64,000 nt of DNA, from positions 2,688,001 to 2,752,000 of the forward strand of contig CAWDXG010000004.1 in NCBI GenBank assembly GCA_963806225.1, given 5' to 3'. Positions 30,685-41,215 of the stretch are shown one piece after another (position 1 is the first letter of the stretch; the number at the start of each line of letters is the position of its first letter). The notes below the pieces were generated by a model that was given only the letters and a program-made list of their open reading frames with translations, made no database searches and was not told the DNA's origin. This DNA is from an uncultured delta proteobacterium (GTDB taxonomy: Bacteria; Myxococcota_A; Polyangia; Polyangiales; Polyangiaceae). The position numbers and the translations under genes are program-made.

Positions 30685-32859
30685 TCATGCGGGTTTCACC
30701 TCCACGGGCACCGGGGGAGCGCTGGGACCGCCGCTTCCCCCCTCGGATTCGGCCGGGGCAAGGGCTGCGGGGGGGAGCGGAGAAGCCACCGCCTCGCCCG
30801 CCACCGGCAGTACCACGGTAAAGGTCGAGCCCGCACCCTCCTGGGACGCGACCTCGATGCGACCCCCAATCTCCTCGACCATCCGCTGGCTGATGGCCAG
30901 TCCGAGCCCGGTGCCCCGGTCCTTTGTCGTGAAGAACGGAACGAAGAGACTCTTCAGGACCTGCGGCGCGATGCCCGGTCCGGCATCCCGAACCGCGATC
31001 TCGACCCATTCGTTTGCCGCCGGGCCCCCGCTGTAGCCCGCGGGCCGGCCGTGGCGCGGGCGGGTCAGGATCGAGACCTGGCCGGAGCCATTCATGGCCT
31101 GGACCGCGTTCTGGACCAGATTGATCAGGACCTGCCTGAGCTGCTCGGCGTCGGCGCGCACCATGGGCAGCTCCTCCGCGAGCACCGTGTGGAAGTGGTT
31201 CTCGCCCGGGTTGGATGCCAGGACCTGCAGCGTCCGGCGGACCACCGCGTTCACGTCGACGGAGCCGGGATTGCCCTTTGAAGGCCTCGCGTAGTCGAGA
31301 ACGGAACCGACCACGCGATCGAGCCGGTCCACTTCCTCGAGGATGATGCCCAGAAATTCCTGGCCCGCGGGATCGATCTCGGAGCCATCTGCGGGTTCGC
31401 TCAGAAGCTGGGCAGCACCCTTGATCGCGCCAAGCGGGTTCTTCACCTCGTGAGCAAGCCCCGCGGCCATGTGGCCCAGAGCGGCAAGGCGATCGCGCTC
31501 CTGCATGCGCCGGTACTGGCGGGAGTTTTCGATGACGACCCCGATCTGCACCGCGAGAAGCTCCAACAGACCGACCTCGTCGGGCGAGAATGCATCGCTC
31601 ACCCGGTCGTCGGCGACGACGAGGAAGCCGAGCAGATCCTGCCCCTCGCCGTGGATGCTCAGGCACACGCCCTGCTTCAACGGTCCGAGTAGCTGCGCAG
31701 CAGCCAGCAGGCGTTCATCGGCTTCGGCTTCGCGCGTCCAGCCGCCGCGCCGACGCTCACCGAGCTCGTAGACGAGCTCCTCCATCACCAGCGACGAGCT
31801 CTTGTTCAGTCGCTCGATGAGCGGACGCGCCGTGGCACCGTCGATACGCGCTGCGGTCTTGGGTCCGAACGAGAGCCCGAGCTCGAAGTCCGTTCCAGCC
31901 GGTTCGCGCAGATACAAGGCCGCGCCGGTAGCTCGCCGCGACTCCTCGAGCGCCAACATGACCGTCTGCATCATCACCTCGACCTGCAGAACGTGGGTCA
32001 GCGCACGGCGCGCCTTGGCCACAGCGCGCTCGAGATCGACGCGCTCGCGGAAGAACGCCTTGTGGATGTACTCCTCCACCTTCTCGCGCAGCGGCTCGAA
32101 CAGCACGAGGATCACGATGGCTGCCAGCACCGCGTTCAGGTACATCGTGTTGAAGCCGCCGATCACGACGACGAACACGTAGAAGATACCTGCGAGCGAG
32201 AAGGCGAGCGCCGTCGAGACCAGCAGCTGGCCCAGGATGTCATACAGGTCGACCAGTCGATCCCGCGTCATCGACTCGGCCAGGATGAACAGGAACACGA
32301 TGCTCAGCACGGCGCCGACCGGCGGCAGGGGCGCCCCGATGAACCACAGGAAGTCCGCCAGGCTGAACGCCGCTGCCAGCGCCCCGATCAGCACCAGGAA
32401 GCGCACGCGGCGTTGGGTCGCCCGCGAGCGGCTGCGTTCGCCTCGCACAGCCAGCGACCACAGGCCCGCGGCCAGGAGCCCGAAGACGTAGAAGAAGACG
32501 ATCCCCCGGACCAGCACGTGCATGTGCTGCGGCAGCATCACCAGCACCAGCACCGGCACCATCAACACGCCGGCCACGCGCAGCAGCACCGAGCGATGCC
32601 CGGGCCGGGGGACGATGGCCTCGAAGAGATGCAGCGCGAACTGCGGCAGCAGCACGGCCAGCACGGCCGTGAAGTGCGCCCACACGTCGGCGCGCACGAA
32701 GTGGTACAGCCACTGGGCGAGGTACCAGAGCCCGATATCCGCGGCGAACAGCGTCAGGAAGATCTGCGCGCGACGAGTCCTGCCGCGCAGAAGGATGGAC
32801 ACCGCGATCGCTAGAGCGAGCGCGCCGCAGAACAACGATGTCCGCGTGCGCAGATCCAC
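30685..32859 (-). CDS. Multi-TM sensor histidine kinase with a GAF-like domain (NtrB-type)
   Basis: About 7-8 hydrophobic helices; LAHEVKNPL, LINLVQNA, DAGPGI, FFTTK, GTGLGL. Confidence 0.92.
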   Translation of the reverse strand: MDLRTRTSLFCGALALAIAVSILLRGRTRRAQIFLTLFAADIGLWYLAQWLYHFVRADVWAHFTAVLAVLLPQFALHLFEAIVPRPGHRSVLLRVAGVLMVPVLVLVMLPQHMHVLVRGIVFFYVFGLLAAGLWSLAVRGERSRSRATQRRVRFLVLIGALAAAFSLADFLWFIGAPLPPVGAVLSIVFLFILAESMTRDRLVDLYDILGQLLVSTALAFSLAGIFYVFVVVIGGFNTMYLNAVLAAIVILVLFEPLREKVEEYIHKAFFRERVDLERAVAKARRALTHVLQVEVMMQTVMLALEESRRATGAALYLREPAGTDFELGLSFGPKTAARIDGATARPLIERLNKSSSLVMEELVYELGERRRGGWTREAEADERLLAAAQLLGPLKQGVCLSIHGEGQDLLGFLVVADDRVSDAFSPDEVGLLELLAVQIGVVIENSRQYRRMQERDRLAALGHMAAGLAHEVKNPLGAIKGAAQLLSEPADGSEIDPAGQEFLGIILEEVDRLDRVVGSVLDYARPSKGNPGSVDVNAVVRRTLQVLASNPGENHFHTVLAEELPMVRADAEQLRQVLINLVQNAVQAMNGSGQVSILTRPRHGRPAGYSGGPAANEWVEIAVRDAGPGIAPQVLKSLFVPFFTTKDRGTGLGLAISQRMVEEIGGRIEVASQEGAGSTFTVVLPVAGEAVASPLPPAALAPAESEGGSGGPSAPPVPVEVKPA

Positions 32860-32923
32860 TCTGACGGAGCTTAGCGAGCGGGCGGGGGGCGATCAATGCG
32901 CCGGACAGGCCGGCGCGGCGGGA

Positions 32924-33304
32924 TCAGCGGGCGCTCGGGCTCGTGGTTCCGCTCTGTGGCGAGGTGGTGCTGCTCGGATCGCTTCCGCTCTGGCTGCCAT
33001 CGCTATCGGAGGTGCCCGAGCTGGAATCGTCCGGACGCCACGGGTCGGGGGTGGGCTTCGCCGCGTTGACAAGGCCTCCGCGCCACGGATCGGGAGTCGG
33101 CTTGTCGGGATCGGAGACGGAAGTCATGGTGCTTCCCGCCGTCCTGGAACCCTCGCGTGCCGTATTGTCCGGGTTCTGGCCCAAGCTCTGGCTGGTGCCG
33201 TCGACCGGCTCGTCCTGGCCCTGTCCAGCCACCTGGAACGCGCAACCGACGGATACGAGCGAGACGATCGCGACCAGAGAGCCTAGCGAGGCTACGCGCT
33301 TCAT
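32924..33304 (-). CDS. Small secreted lipoprotein with a duplicated KPTPDPWR motif
   Basis: [21 protein letters not shown] lipobox; ATGA overlap with the upstream stop; two KPTPDPWR copies. Confidence 0.8.
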   Translation of the reverse strand: MKRVASLGSLVAIVSLVSVGCAFQVAGQGQDEPVDGTSQSLGQNPDNTAREGSRTAGSTMTSVSDPDKPTPDPWRGGLVNAAKPTPDPWRPDDSSSGTSDSDGSQSGSDPSSTTSPQSGTTSPSAR

Positions 33305-36300
33305 GACGACTCCTCCTCCCCGCTCGACAAGAGTCCGTACTGCTTGACAAGCTGGCTCAATCGCGGACGTTTCATGCCGAGCACACCGGCCGCACGCGTG
33401 ATGTTCCCCCCCGTTTCGTTCAAGGCGCGAGTGATGCAGTCGCGCTCGATCTGACGCTTGAGCTCGCTCAAAGTCACCCCTGCTTCACGGATCTCGCGAT
33501 AGGCAGCGCCGGCCACCTCGGCTTCGGGCAGCGGCGTCGTGTCCTCCGGCAACGCCGTGCCCGGCGCGGGCGGAGGCAACGTACCCAGCTTTGAATCCAT
33601 GCGCGACGACACCGGCGCGGGCTCCTGGGCCAGGTTGCGCAGCGCTTCGACGTGTTCGGCCACGTCGTTCAGCTGGATCACCTCGCCGTCCGAGAACAGG
33701 GACGCGGCGCGCAGCGCATTTTCCAGCTCGCGGACGTTGCCCGGCCAGCGATGCCGGCCGAGCAGGTCGAGCGCCTCCGGGGCCAGGCTCTTCGGGGCCT
33801 CGCCGCGCTCGCGCGCGATGCGCCCGAGGATGTCCTCGCAGAGCAGCGGCAGGTCCGCAACGCGCTCCCTGAGCGGCGGCACGTCCAGCGTGAGGCCGCT
33901 CAGGCGGTAGTAGAGGTCCTCGCGGAACTCGCCATGCTCGACCAACTCGCGCAGATCGCGGTTCGTCGCACAGACGATGCGCACATCGACGTGGATCGTC
34001 TGGCTGCCGCCCACGCGCTCGATGGTGCGCTCCTCCAGAACGCGCAGGAGCGCCACCTGCGTGCGCGGCGAGATGTCACCGATCTCGTCGAGGAACAGCG
34101 TGCCGCCGTCGGCCCGCTCGAAGCGCCCGCGCTTGCGCGCGCCGGCCCCCGTGAACGCGCCCTTCTCGTGGCCGAACAACTCGCTGAGCAGCAGCGACTC
34201 GACGAGGGCAGCGCAGTTTACCTTCACCAGCGGTCCGGACGCGCGCTCGCTGGCAGCGTGGATGCCCTCCGCGATGAGCTCCTTGCCCGTGCCGCTCTCG
34301 CCGTGGACGAGCACCGTGGCGCCTGTGCGCCCGACGCGCTCTACCGAAGCCAGAAGAGCGCGCACCGCGGGATGCCGCCCCACGAAGCGCGGCTCTGCGC
34401 TGCTCTTCGTCCGCGGACGGGCGGCCGTCTGCGACCTCGGCACCAGGCCTTCATCCACGGAATCCTCGCGCGTAACCAGCCGCTCGAGCCGGGCGAGCCG
34501 CGCCAGGTCGCGGCGCAGCAGATACGCCTCGCGCAGCTCGGGACCGAGCGTGTGGCAGACTTCCTCGCGCAACGCCACGGCTGCGACGACGTGGCTTGCC
34601 GCCGCTTCGTCGTCCCCCTCGGTCAGCAGCGCCTCGGCCGCGAGCACGTGGGCCTCACGCGCAAGCTCCTCGTCGCCCGTCTCGCGCGCAGCGAGGACTG
34701 CGGCCTCGGCGAGCTCGCCGCTGGGGCGCCCCGCGGCCTGGGCCACCAGCGCGCGCAGCACGGCCACCTCGGCAGCGGCGTAGGGCACAGCGGCGAGCTC
34801 TGCGGCGCGCTCGACCTCGGCCTCGGCACGCGCCACGACGCCGTCCTCCAGCGCGACGCGCGCGGCAAGGCGGTGGCACTCGCCGAGCTTGTCACCGTGG
34901 CTCGCCTGGGCGGCCGTCCGCATGGCGGAGCGCAGCTCCCGCTCGGCGTCGAGCGTACGCCCTCGCGCCAGGTGCGCCCGCGCCTGGGCCAGCGCGACCT
35001 CCGCCAGGCGCGAAGCCGGCGCCCCCGGTCCGAGCGCCTGGCGTCCGAAGCGCAGCGCCTGCAGGGCCTCCTCGACGAGACCCAGACGAAGCCTGAGCTC
35101 GACCAGGTTGGTCACGTCACGGGCGAAACCGAGCCGGTCACCCATGCGCCGGCGCACGACGATGGCGCGTTCGGAAAGCTCGAGTGCGCGGCCGTAGTCG
35201 TGCCGCTCGATGGCGAGCACCGCGAGGTTGCTGATGGCGAAACCGACCGCGCGCATCTCGCCGCGGCGCTCGGCGTCTTCCAGCACCTCGGTGAGCATCG
35301 GGCGGGCCTCATCCGGGCTGCCGCGCGACAGGAGCGCGATCGCCCGGTTCACGCGGGCGCGCAGCTCGAAGAGGTGCTCGTCGGCGAACGCCGCCTCGCA
35401 CGCATCCGCTGCGAAGTGCGAATCCGCCGCATCCCACTCGGAGCGGGCCAAGAGCAGCTTGCCCAACAGGTTGCGTGCGCCGAGACGGGCGTGGGGAAAT
35501 TCCGTGCGCTCGACCACGTCGCGCGCCAGCTGCTCGGCGCGCTCCAGCTCACCGGCGGCGTAGGCGACCTCGCCGAGCTCGATGATCGCCTCGAAACGCG
35601 CGCCGTCTTCGGACGCCTGGTCCCTGGCCCGCACCAACGCCGCCTCGGCCGAAACCAGATCACCGCGCGCAAGCGAGGCGCGGCCGAGCACGAAGGCAGC
35701 TCGCCCCGTGCGCTCGCCGGCCGTCGCGCGCTCGGCCCACTCCAGCGCGACATCAACGTCGCCGAGGGACAGAGCCAGCTCCGCGCCGCGGATGCGCGCG
35801 CCGGTGCGCTCGTCGGCGGGCAGCTCCTCCACCAGATCCGCCCAGCGCCGCCACAGCCCGGTGCGGCTGGACGCATCCGCAGCGAGCCGGAACGACTGCT
35901 GCATGGCACGCTCGGCGGCGGGTTGGTCCCCCGCGCCGGCGAGCAGCTCCGCAGCCCGCGCGAATGCCCAGGGATCGTCCGGGAAGACCTGGGCAAGCGC
36001 GTCGGCGATGAGGCAGGACGACGCCGAGGCGGGCCTGTCCGGGTTGGTCTCCGTGGCCCGCGCCACGACGAAACCGTCCCGCACTTCCACCAGGTCCGCG
36101 GCCTTCAGCGCGGCGAGGCCGGAGTCGTGGCCGAGGGAAGCCAGCGCACGAACCGGCCAGGCACGCCGCGCCAGACGCAGCCGCTCGAGCAGCTCGCTCG
36201 ACTCGGCAGCCAGGGCGACCGAGCCGCGATCCGCGGGCACCGCCACGCGCGCTGCGTGGACCCACTCCTCGAGCGCCACCAGATCGTCGTCGCGCTCCAA

Positions 36301-36852
36301 CCGCTGGGCGAGCGAGACCGCGTCCCACCAACGCGACAGACCCGCCTCGTCGAGCTTGGCATCGACCTCGAACCAGCTGGCGCCGAGTGCCGTGAGCGGC
36401 ACCTGGTGCGGCACCACAAGGACGAACAACGCCTCGGTCGCGGACGGCGCCATCGCCTCGCACACGGCCTCGTCCCACGAACAAGCGCCGAGCACCGGGA
36501 TGATCACCACGGCGCGGCGCGCCGATGCGCGCGAGATGATGACCCGCGCGGCCTCTACCGGATCGTGGGGAACGCCCTCGATGCCGAGGCGAACCGCGGC
36601 GTCGCGGAACCCGCTCTCGACGTTGGCATGCGCCGCGCGCACGACCGCGCGCTGGATTGCGCGCGCGCGTCGCTCGACGTGACCCGCCACGGCGAACGCT
36701 TCGTCGGCGTGTGGAACCCGGACCGCGATCAGGCCGGTCGTCTCGGCGAGACGCACGACGTCGTCGAGGACATCGAACGAAGGACGCAGAGAGCCTGCGT
36801 CGGCGACGGCTGCACCCGCAGCGGCGCCGTGCTGGAAGCTCGCGGACGACAA
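33301..36852 (-). CDS. Sigma54-dependent enhancer-binding protein with a large N-terminal TPR-like region and Fis HTH
   Basis: [49 protein letters not shown]; no receiver domain; start codon uncertain (TTG). Confidence 0.9.
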   Translation of the reverse strand: MSSASFQHGAAAGAAVADAGSLRPSFDVLDDVVRLAETTGLIAVRVPHADEAFAVAGHVERRARAIQRAVVRAAHANVESGFRDAAVRLGIEGVPHDPVEAARVIISRASARRAVVIIPVLGACSWDEAVCEAMAPSATEALFVLVVPHQVPLTALGASWFEVDAKLDEAGLSRWWDAVSLAQRLERDDDLVALEEWVHAARVAVPADRGSVALAAESSELLERLRLARRAWPVRALASLGHDSGLAALKAADLVEVRDGFVVARATETNPDRPASASSCLIADALAQVFPDDPWAFARAAELLAGAGDQPAAERAMQQSFRLAADASSRTGLWRRWADLVEELPADERTGARIRGAELALSLGDVDVALEWAERATAGERTGRAAFVLGRASLARGDLVSAEAALVRARDQASEDGARFEAIIELGEVAYAAGELERAEQLARDVVERTEFPHARLGARNLLGKLLLARSEWDAADSHFAADACEAAFADEHLFELRARVNRAIALLSRGSPDEARPMLTEVLEDAERRGEMRAVGFAISNLAVLAIERHDYGRALELSERAIVVRRRMGDRLGFARDVTNLVELRLRLGLVEEALQALRFGRQALGPGAPASRLAEVALAQARAHLARGRTLDAERELRSAMRTAAQASHGDKLGECHRLAARVALEDGVVARAEAEVERAAELAAVPYAAAEVAVLRALVAQAAGRPSGELAEAAVLAARETGDEELAREAHVLAAEALLTEGDDEAAASHVVAAVALREEVCHTLGPELREAYLLRRDLARLARLERLVTREDSVDEGLVPRSQTAARPRTKSSAEPRFVGRHPAVRALLASVERVGRTGATVLVHGESGTGKELIAEGIHAASERASGPLVKVNCAALVESLLLSELFGHEKGAFTGAGARKRGRFERADGGTLFLDEIGDISPRTQVALLRVLEERTIERVGGSQTIHVDVRIVCATNRDLRELVEHGEFREDLYYRLSGLTLDVPPLRERVADLPLLCEDILGRIARERGEAPKSLAPEALDLLGRHRWPGNVRELENALRAASLFSDGEVIQLNDVAEHVEALRNLAQEPAPVSSRMDSKLGTLPPPAPGTALPEDTTPLPEAEVAGAAYREIREAGVTLSELKRQIERDCITRALNETGGNITRAAGVLGMKRPRLSQLVKQYGLLSSGEEESS

Positions 36853-36988
36853 GACCGATGGAACCTAGACCCTCGCGGGTGACCGCGCAACGCGCGAATC
36901 CAGCTGGATTGTCGCCCGGATCGAACTTTCCACGGGCGCTGCAGCAGGACGCCCGGGACGCGGACATCCGTCGCATTGACGCGGCGCG

Positions 36989-37807
36989 TCAATGCCGGGC
37001 GTATCGCCGCAGCACCTGTGCCACGGCCTCGAAAGCTTCCGGCTCGGCGTCGCCCAGCGCGCGGGCGAGCGGCAGCTGCGCCGCGGCGCTGGCGAGGTAC
37101 AGACCCGTCAGATCGGGCGCCACGGCGGCGATGCGCTCGAGGTGTCGCCCGAGAGCGTCGGCGTCACCGCGACGCACGGGCCCGGTAAGCGCCTCGGGCA
37201 GCCCCAGCTTCTCGATGTTCAGAGCCACGCTGCGCAGCAGCGGTCCCAGCACGCGCGGCACGTCGCGCGCGGGCACTCCCGCCTGTTCCAGGAGCCGCGC
37301 CCCGCCCGCGGCCAACGCGGTGGCTCCATTGGCCACGAGCCCACCGGCGGCGTGATAGCCCGCGCGATCGACGCTGTCCCACTGCCGCGGAACCATACCG
37401 AGCGCTCGCGCCAGCGTGCGCGCTCGGCGCACCGCCACCGGGTCGCCGGAAACGAGCATGTGCCCGCCGGCGAGCGGCGGCAGCACGCGGCTCGAAGCGA
37501 ACGAGATCATCGGGTGTGCCTGTCCGACCCCGGCCGCCCGCACGCGGAGCGGCGCGAGCACCTCCGGACCGAGGGCGCCGGCGACGTGCACGACCGCGCT
37601 CCGCCGCGACAGGGCCTCGCTGTCGGCCAGCGCGGCGACCAGCGGCGCGATCGCCCCGTCGCGCACGGCCACGACCACCAGCGCCGCGTCCAGTCTGCGG
37701 GGTGTGCCTCGCCGGAGGGCGCGCAGCGACACCTGGTGCGGGCCGCCGCGTAGCGCGCGGGACAGCGCCTTGCCCACCTTGCCGGCCCCGATGATCGCGA
37801 TCTTCAT
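36989..37807 (-). CDS. Rossmann-like + DUF2520 oxidoreductase
   Basis: IIGAGKVG, HPMISF, YHAA, ALTGPVRRGD. Confidence 0.88.
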   Translation of the reverse strand: MKIAIIGAGKVGKALSRALRGGPHQVSLRALRRGTPRRLDAALVVVAVRDGAIAPLVAALADSEALSRRSAVVHVAGALGPEVLAPLRVRAAGVGQAHPMISFASSRVLPPLAGGHMLVSGDPVAVRRARTLARALGMVPRQWDSVDRAGYHAAGGLVANGATALAAGGARLLEQAGVPARDVPRVLGPLLRSVALNIEKLGLPEALTGPVRRGDADALGRHLERIAAVAPDLTGLYLASAAAQLPLARALGDAEPEAFEAVAQVLRRYARH

Positions 37808-38379
37808 GCGCTGCCTTCCCCACGGTACAGACCGTGCTCATCGATGTAGGCGAGCACGTCCCACGGTACCGAACGCGACAGCTCGGCGTCGGCTTCCGGC
37901 GAGCCGCGCCGCGACAGCAGCGCCCGGATGCGCGTGGACGACACGTCGGGCACGACGGGCGGCGGTGCGTCCGGGTGCCGGACGCCGACGCGCCCCAGAA
38001 CGTAGGGCGGAGCGATCTCGCCGACGCGATCGAAAGCGTACCACTTGTCCGCTTCGCCGAGCACGTCGGCGCCCACCATCAGCCGGAGCTGGTAGTCGGG
38101 ATGGGCGGCGCGGAGGTGCTCGAGCGTGCGCAGCGTCAGGCTCGGCGTCTCGAGTGACGCCTCTACCCGGGACACCTCCACGCCGGGGAGCCAACCCATC
38201 GCCAGACCACACATGCAAACCCGGTGTTCGAACGGACACAGCTGCTTGTCGAAAGCGTGGCTGTAGACCGGCACGACCAGGACGCGCTCGAAACCGCCCA
38301 CCGACAGCGCGTAGGTCACTGCCAGCACGTGCGCGACATGCGGCGGATTGAAGCTGCCTCCGTAGAACGCAACCCGCAT
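37804..38379 (-). CDS. nadD: Nicotinate-nucleotide adenylyltransferase
   Basis: GGSFNPPHVAH, GAD, W, VSSTRIR. Confidence 0.9.
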   Translation of the reverse strand: MRVAFYGGSFNPPHVAHVLAVTYALSVGGFERVLVVPVYSHAFDKQLCPFEHRVCMCGLAMGWLPGVEVSRVEASLETPSLTLRTLEHLRAAHPDYQLRLMVGADVLGEADKWYAFDRVGEIAPPYVLGRVGVRHPDAPPPVVPDVSSTRIRALLSRRGSPEADAELSRSVPWDVLAYIDEHGLYRGEGSA

Positions 38380-38386
38380 GCCGAGC

Positions 38387-39001
38387 TCAACCCGAAGCGC
38401 CGCTCACCTTCAGCTTGGCCGTACGCGCCGCGATGAGTCGCTCGCGACGCACTTCGCGCCCCGCGCTGTCGAACAGTGCGAGGTGGATCCCGTCTTCATG
38501 ATCCTCCAGCGTCATGACCCCGAAGTGCTCCAGCAGACCCGGCGACAGGAACCAGCGGCTGCCGACCTGCTTGACGAGCGGCTGGCTGCTCTTGCCGAAC
38601 ACCAGGAGCGAGGCGGGCAGGATGTCCTCCTCGTCGAGATCCGCCTTGTCGTGGATCATCACGACCACCCGTCCGTTGAGCAGCTCGATAGCCCGGGTTC
38701 CGTCGCCGGGCAGCGACTCGAACACGGAGAGCGCCCGCCGTTCGCGCTCGGCTGTGACGAAAGCGTCGATCTCGGCGGCGCTTGCGTGGGCGCAGCGTTC
38801 CGCGGCGCGCTGCCAGAGCGCCTCCTCGGCGGGATCGCCGCCCACCAACCGGGCAGCCCAGCTCTGCACGACGGTGTCGAGGGCATGGTCGACGCCCAGG
38901 TAGACGGCGCGATCGACCGACACGTCGCGGAACAGGAACCCGACGGCACGCTCCAGCGCCTCTTCGTGGTCGTCCGCCGGGCCCAGGAGTCCGAGCCGCA
39001 C
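38387..39001 (-). CDS. Hypothetical protein, degenerate metallophosphoesterase-like fold
   Basis: MRLGLLG.., AVYLG, VMIHD, LVFGKS, FLSPG follow the YfcE-like motif order but lack most metal ligands. Confidence 0.6.
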   Translation of the reverse strand: MRLGLLGPADDHEEALERAVGFLFRDVSVDRAVYLGVDHALDTVVQSWAARLVGGDPAEEALWQRAAERCAHASAAEIDAFVTAERERRALSVFESLPGDGTRAIELLNGRVVVMIHDKADLDEEDILPASLLVFGKSSQPLVKQVGSRWFLSPGLLEHFGVMTLEDHEDGIHLALFDSAGREVRRERLIAARTAKLKVSGASG

Positions 39002-39091
39002 GAGCTACCGCCGCTCCTTGTCGCGACACGTCGACACGAGCGAACGCTAGCATGTTGGCTGGGTCCGGGGTTATGTCTGGCGCCAGAACGA

Positions 39092-40363
39092 ATGGCGCGA
39101 CGCCTCGCACAGCCCTCCCACCCCGTGGAGATCCTGCACGACGGGGAGAAGGTCGTCGCCGAACGCGGCGAACCGCTCGCCCATGCCCTGATCGCCGCCG
39201 ACCGGGTGCTGCTCGCCCGCAGCGGCAAGATGCACCGACCGCGCGGCCCCTATTGCCTCCGGGGCGCCTGCGACGGCTGTCTGGCGCGGGTCGACGGCGA
39301 GCCCAACGTGATGACCTGCCGGCGGCCGGCACGCGGCGGCGAGCGCATCGAGACGCAGAACGTCCTGGGCAGCCGCGGCGTGGACATGCTGCGGGCCACC
39401 GACTTCCTGTTCCCGCGCGGCATGGATCACCACCGGCTGTTCGCCGGAGTGCGCGGGCTGTCCGCGGTCGTGCAGCAGTTCGCGCGGCGCGTGGCCGGCC
39501 TCGGCAGGATGCCGGAGCGGGCAGCCCCGGCACGCGAGGCGCGGCGCGTGGAGCTGCCGGTGCTGATCGTGGGCGGAGGCGCCGCTGGTCTCGCCGCAGC
39601 CGCCGTGGTCGGCGAACGCGCGCTGCTCGTGGACGACGGGCTCTCCCCCGGCGGCTCGCTCGGGACGCTCGACCCGGAGCGCGCCGCCGCGCTCGTCGCC
39701 CGCGCTACCGCGGCGGGCGCACGCATCCGGCCCCGCACCACGGCGCTGGCCCTGTATCGCGAGCCCGAGGACGAACGGGGGCGGATCCATGCGCTCTCGA
39801 GCGGTCCGGAAGGCGTCGAGCTGGCGCTGGTCGACGCACTCTGTCTCGCGCCGGGCTGCCATGCTCCCTCCCTGCCGTTCGACAACAACGACCTGCCGGG
39901 CGTGATTTCGGCACGCGCCGCGCTCTCCTTGTGGCGCGCCGGCATCGCCATCGGCGACCGCGTCGTGATCGTCGGGCAGGGGCGCTTCGCCGACGCGTTC
40001 GAAGCCGCGGCGGCGGGTTCGCTATCGGTGAAGCGGGTCGCGCTGGAGCAGGTTCTGCACGCATCGGGGCGCTCGCGCCTCGGCGGAGTGGTCGTCCGGG
40101 ACGGCGGCGGCGAGCGCCGCCTGAAGGCGGACGCGCTGATCGTCGACGGACCGGGCGCGCCGTCGTTCGAGCTCGCCGAACAGTCGGGCGCGCGGCTGCG
40201 TTTCGACCCCGCGCGAGGCTACGTGCCGGAGCACGACGGCTCCGGAGAGGTGTCGCCGGACGTGTGGTGTGCGGGCAGCGTGGCCGGCGCCGAGGACAGC
40301 GAACGCGACGGCGCCCGCATCGGCCAGGCGATGCTTCGGCGAGCGACAAGCCGGTCCCGCTAG
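39092..40363 (+). CDS. 2Fe-2S/FAD oxidoreductase, sarcosine oxidase alpha-subunit-like
   Basis: HRPRGPYCLRGACDGC..NVMTC, IVGGGAAGL, NNDLPGV. Confidence 0.85.
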   Translation: MARRLAQPSHPVEILHDGEKVVAERGEPLAHALIAADRVLLARSGKMHRPRGPYCLRGACDGCLARVDGEPNVMTCRRPARGGERIETQNVLGSRGVDMLRATDFLFPRGMDHHRLFAGVRGLSAVVQQFARRVAGLGRMPERAAPAREARRVELPVLIVGGGAAGLAAAAVVGERALLVDDGLSPGGSLGTLDPERAAALVARATAAGARIRPRTTALALYREPEDERGRIHALSSGPEGVELALVDALCLAPGCHAPSLPFDNNDLPGVISARAALSLWRAGIAIGDRVVIVGQGRFADAFEAAAAGSLSVKRVALEQVLHASGRSRLGGVVVRDGGGERRLKADALIVDGPGAPSFELAEQSGARLRFDPARGYVPEHDGSGEVSPDVWCAGSVAGAEDSERDGARIGQAMLRRATSRSR

Positions 40364-41118
40364 TTCTCCATCAGCGTCCCGAACAGCGCCAGACCGCCGA
40401 CGACGAACGTCACGTCGAACACCCCCATCAGCTTGAAGTAGTCGCCCAGCTCGGCCACCGGCACGCCGTTGAGCAGCTCGCGTGTGGCCGCCACGGCGCA
40501 CAGCAGCGTGGGCGACAGCAGGGGAAAGAGCACGATGGCGAGGATCAGATCGCGAGCGCGGGTGCGCACCGTCATCGATCCGAACAGCGTGCCGGACGCC
40601 GCGATACCGGGCGTGGCGCACAGCGCGATCAGCACCAACCCGACACCGACCTGGCCCAGATCCAGCGCGAACAGGAGCGCCGCGGCCGGCATCACCACCA
40701 ACTCCACGACCACCAGGAAAGCCAGCACGCCGATGCTCTTGCCCGCGAAGATGGCGCTGCGCGCCGCCGGCGCCACCAAGAGCCCGTCGAGCGCCCCCTC
40801 GTCGCGCTCGCGCTGCCAGGTGCGCCCGAGAGCCAGCACGGCTGCAAAGGCGATGGAGATCCAGATCACTCCGGATGCGATGAGCCGGCGCGTGGTCGGC
40901 CCGCCGTAGAAGGCCAACGAAGCCATGATCACGACCAGCAGCGCGAAGAACCCGCTGGTGGTCACCACCTCGCCGGTCCGGAGCTCGATGGCCACGTCCT
41001 TCTTGAGCACGAGCATCGCCTGGCTGACCCAGCTCGGCAGACGCGCCACCACCCGCTCGCGCGGAGCGGACGGCTCCCGGTAGCGGTCTTCCGGCGCATC
41101 GGTCTGGGCGGGCATCAT
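40360..41118 (-). CDS. ccmB: Heme exporter protein B
   Basis: KDVAIELRT, ERDEGALDGLL, IFAGK, LFPLLSP; six TM helices. Confidence 0.9.
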   Translation of the reverse strand: MMPAQTDAPEDRYREPSAPRERVVARLPSWVSQAMLVLKKDVAIELRTGEVVTTSGFFALLVVIMASLAFYGGPTTRRLIASGVIWISIAFAAVLALGRTWQRERDEGALDGLLVAPAARSAIFAGKSIGVLAFLVVVELVVMPAAALLFALDLGQVGVGLVLIALCATPGIAASGTLFGSMTVRTRARDLILAIVLFPLLSPTLLCAVAATRELLNGVPVAELGDYFKLMGVFDVTFVVGGLALFGTLMEN

Positions 41119-41215
41119 CGGGGCGGCAGTCTAGGCCAATGAAATGAAAACGGTAACCCGGCGTGGCAAGGGACCACTTTACGCGAAGCGAAAGGGACCC
41201 ATGTTAGGGTCCGCC

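Noticed and set aside
22475..36882. Very long antisense ORFs (22475..25303, 26314..28911, 33652..36882 and similar)
   Set aside because: Shadow frames of real high-GC genes on the opposite strand, with no recognisable motifs
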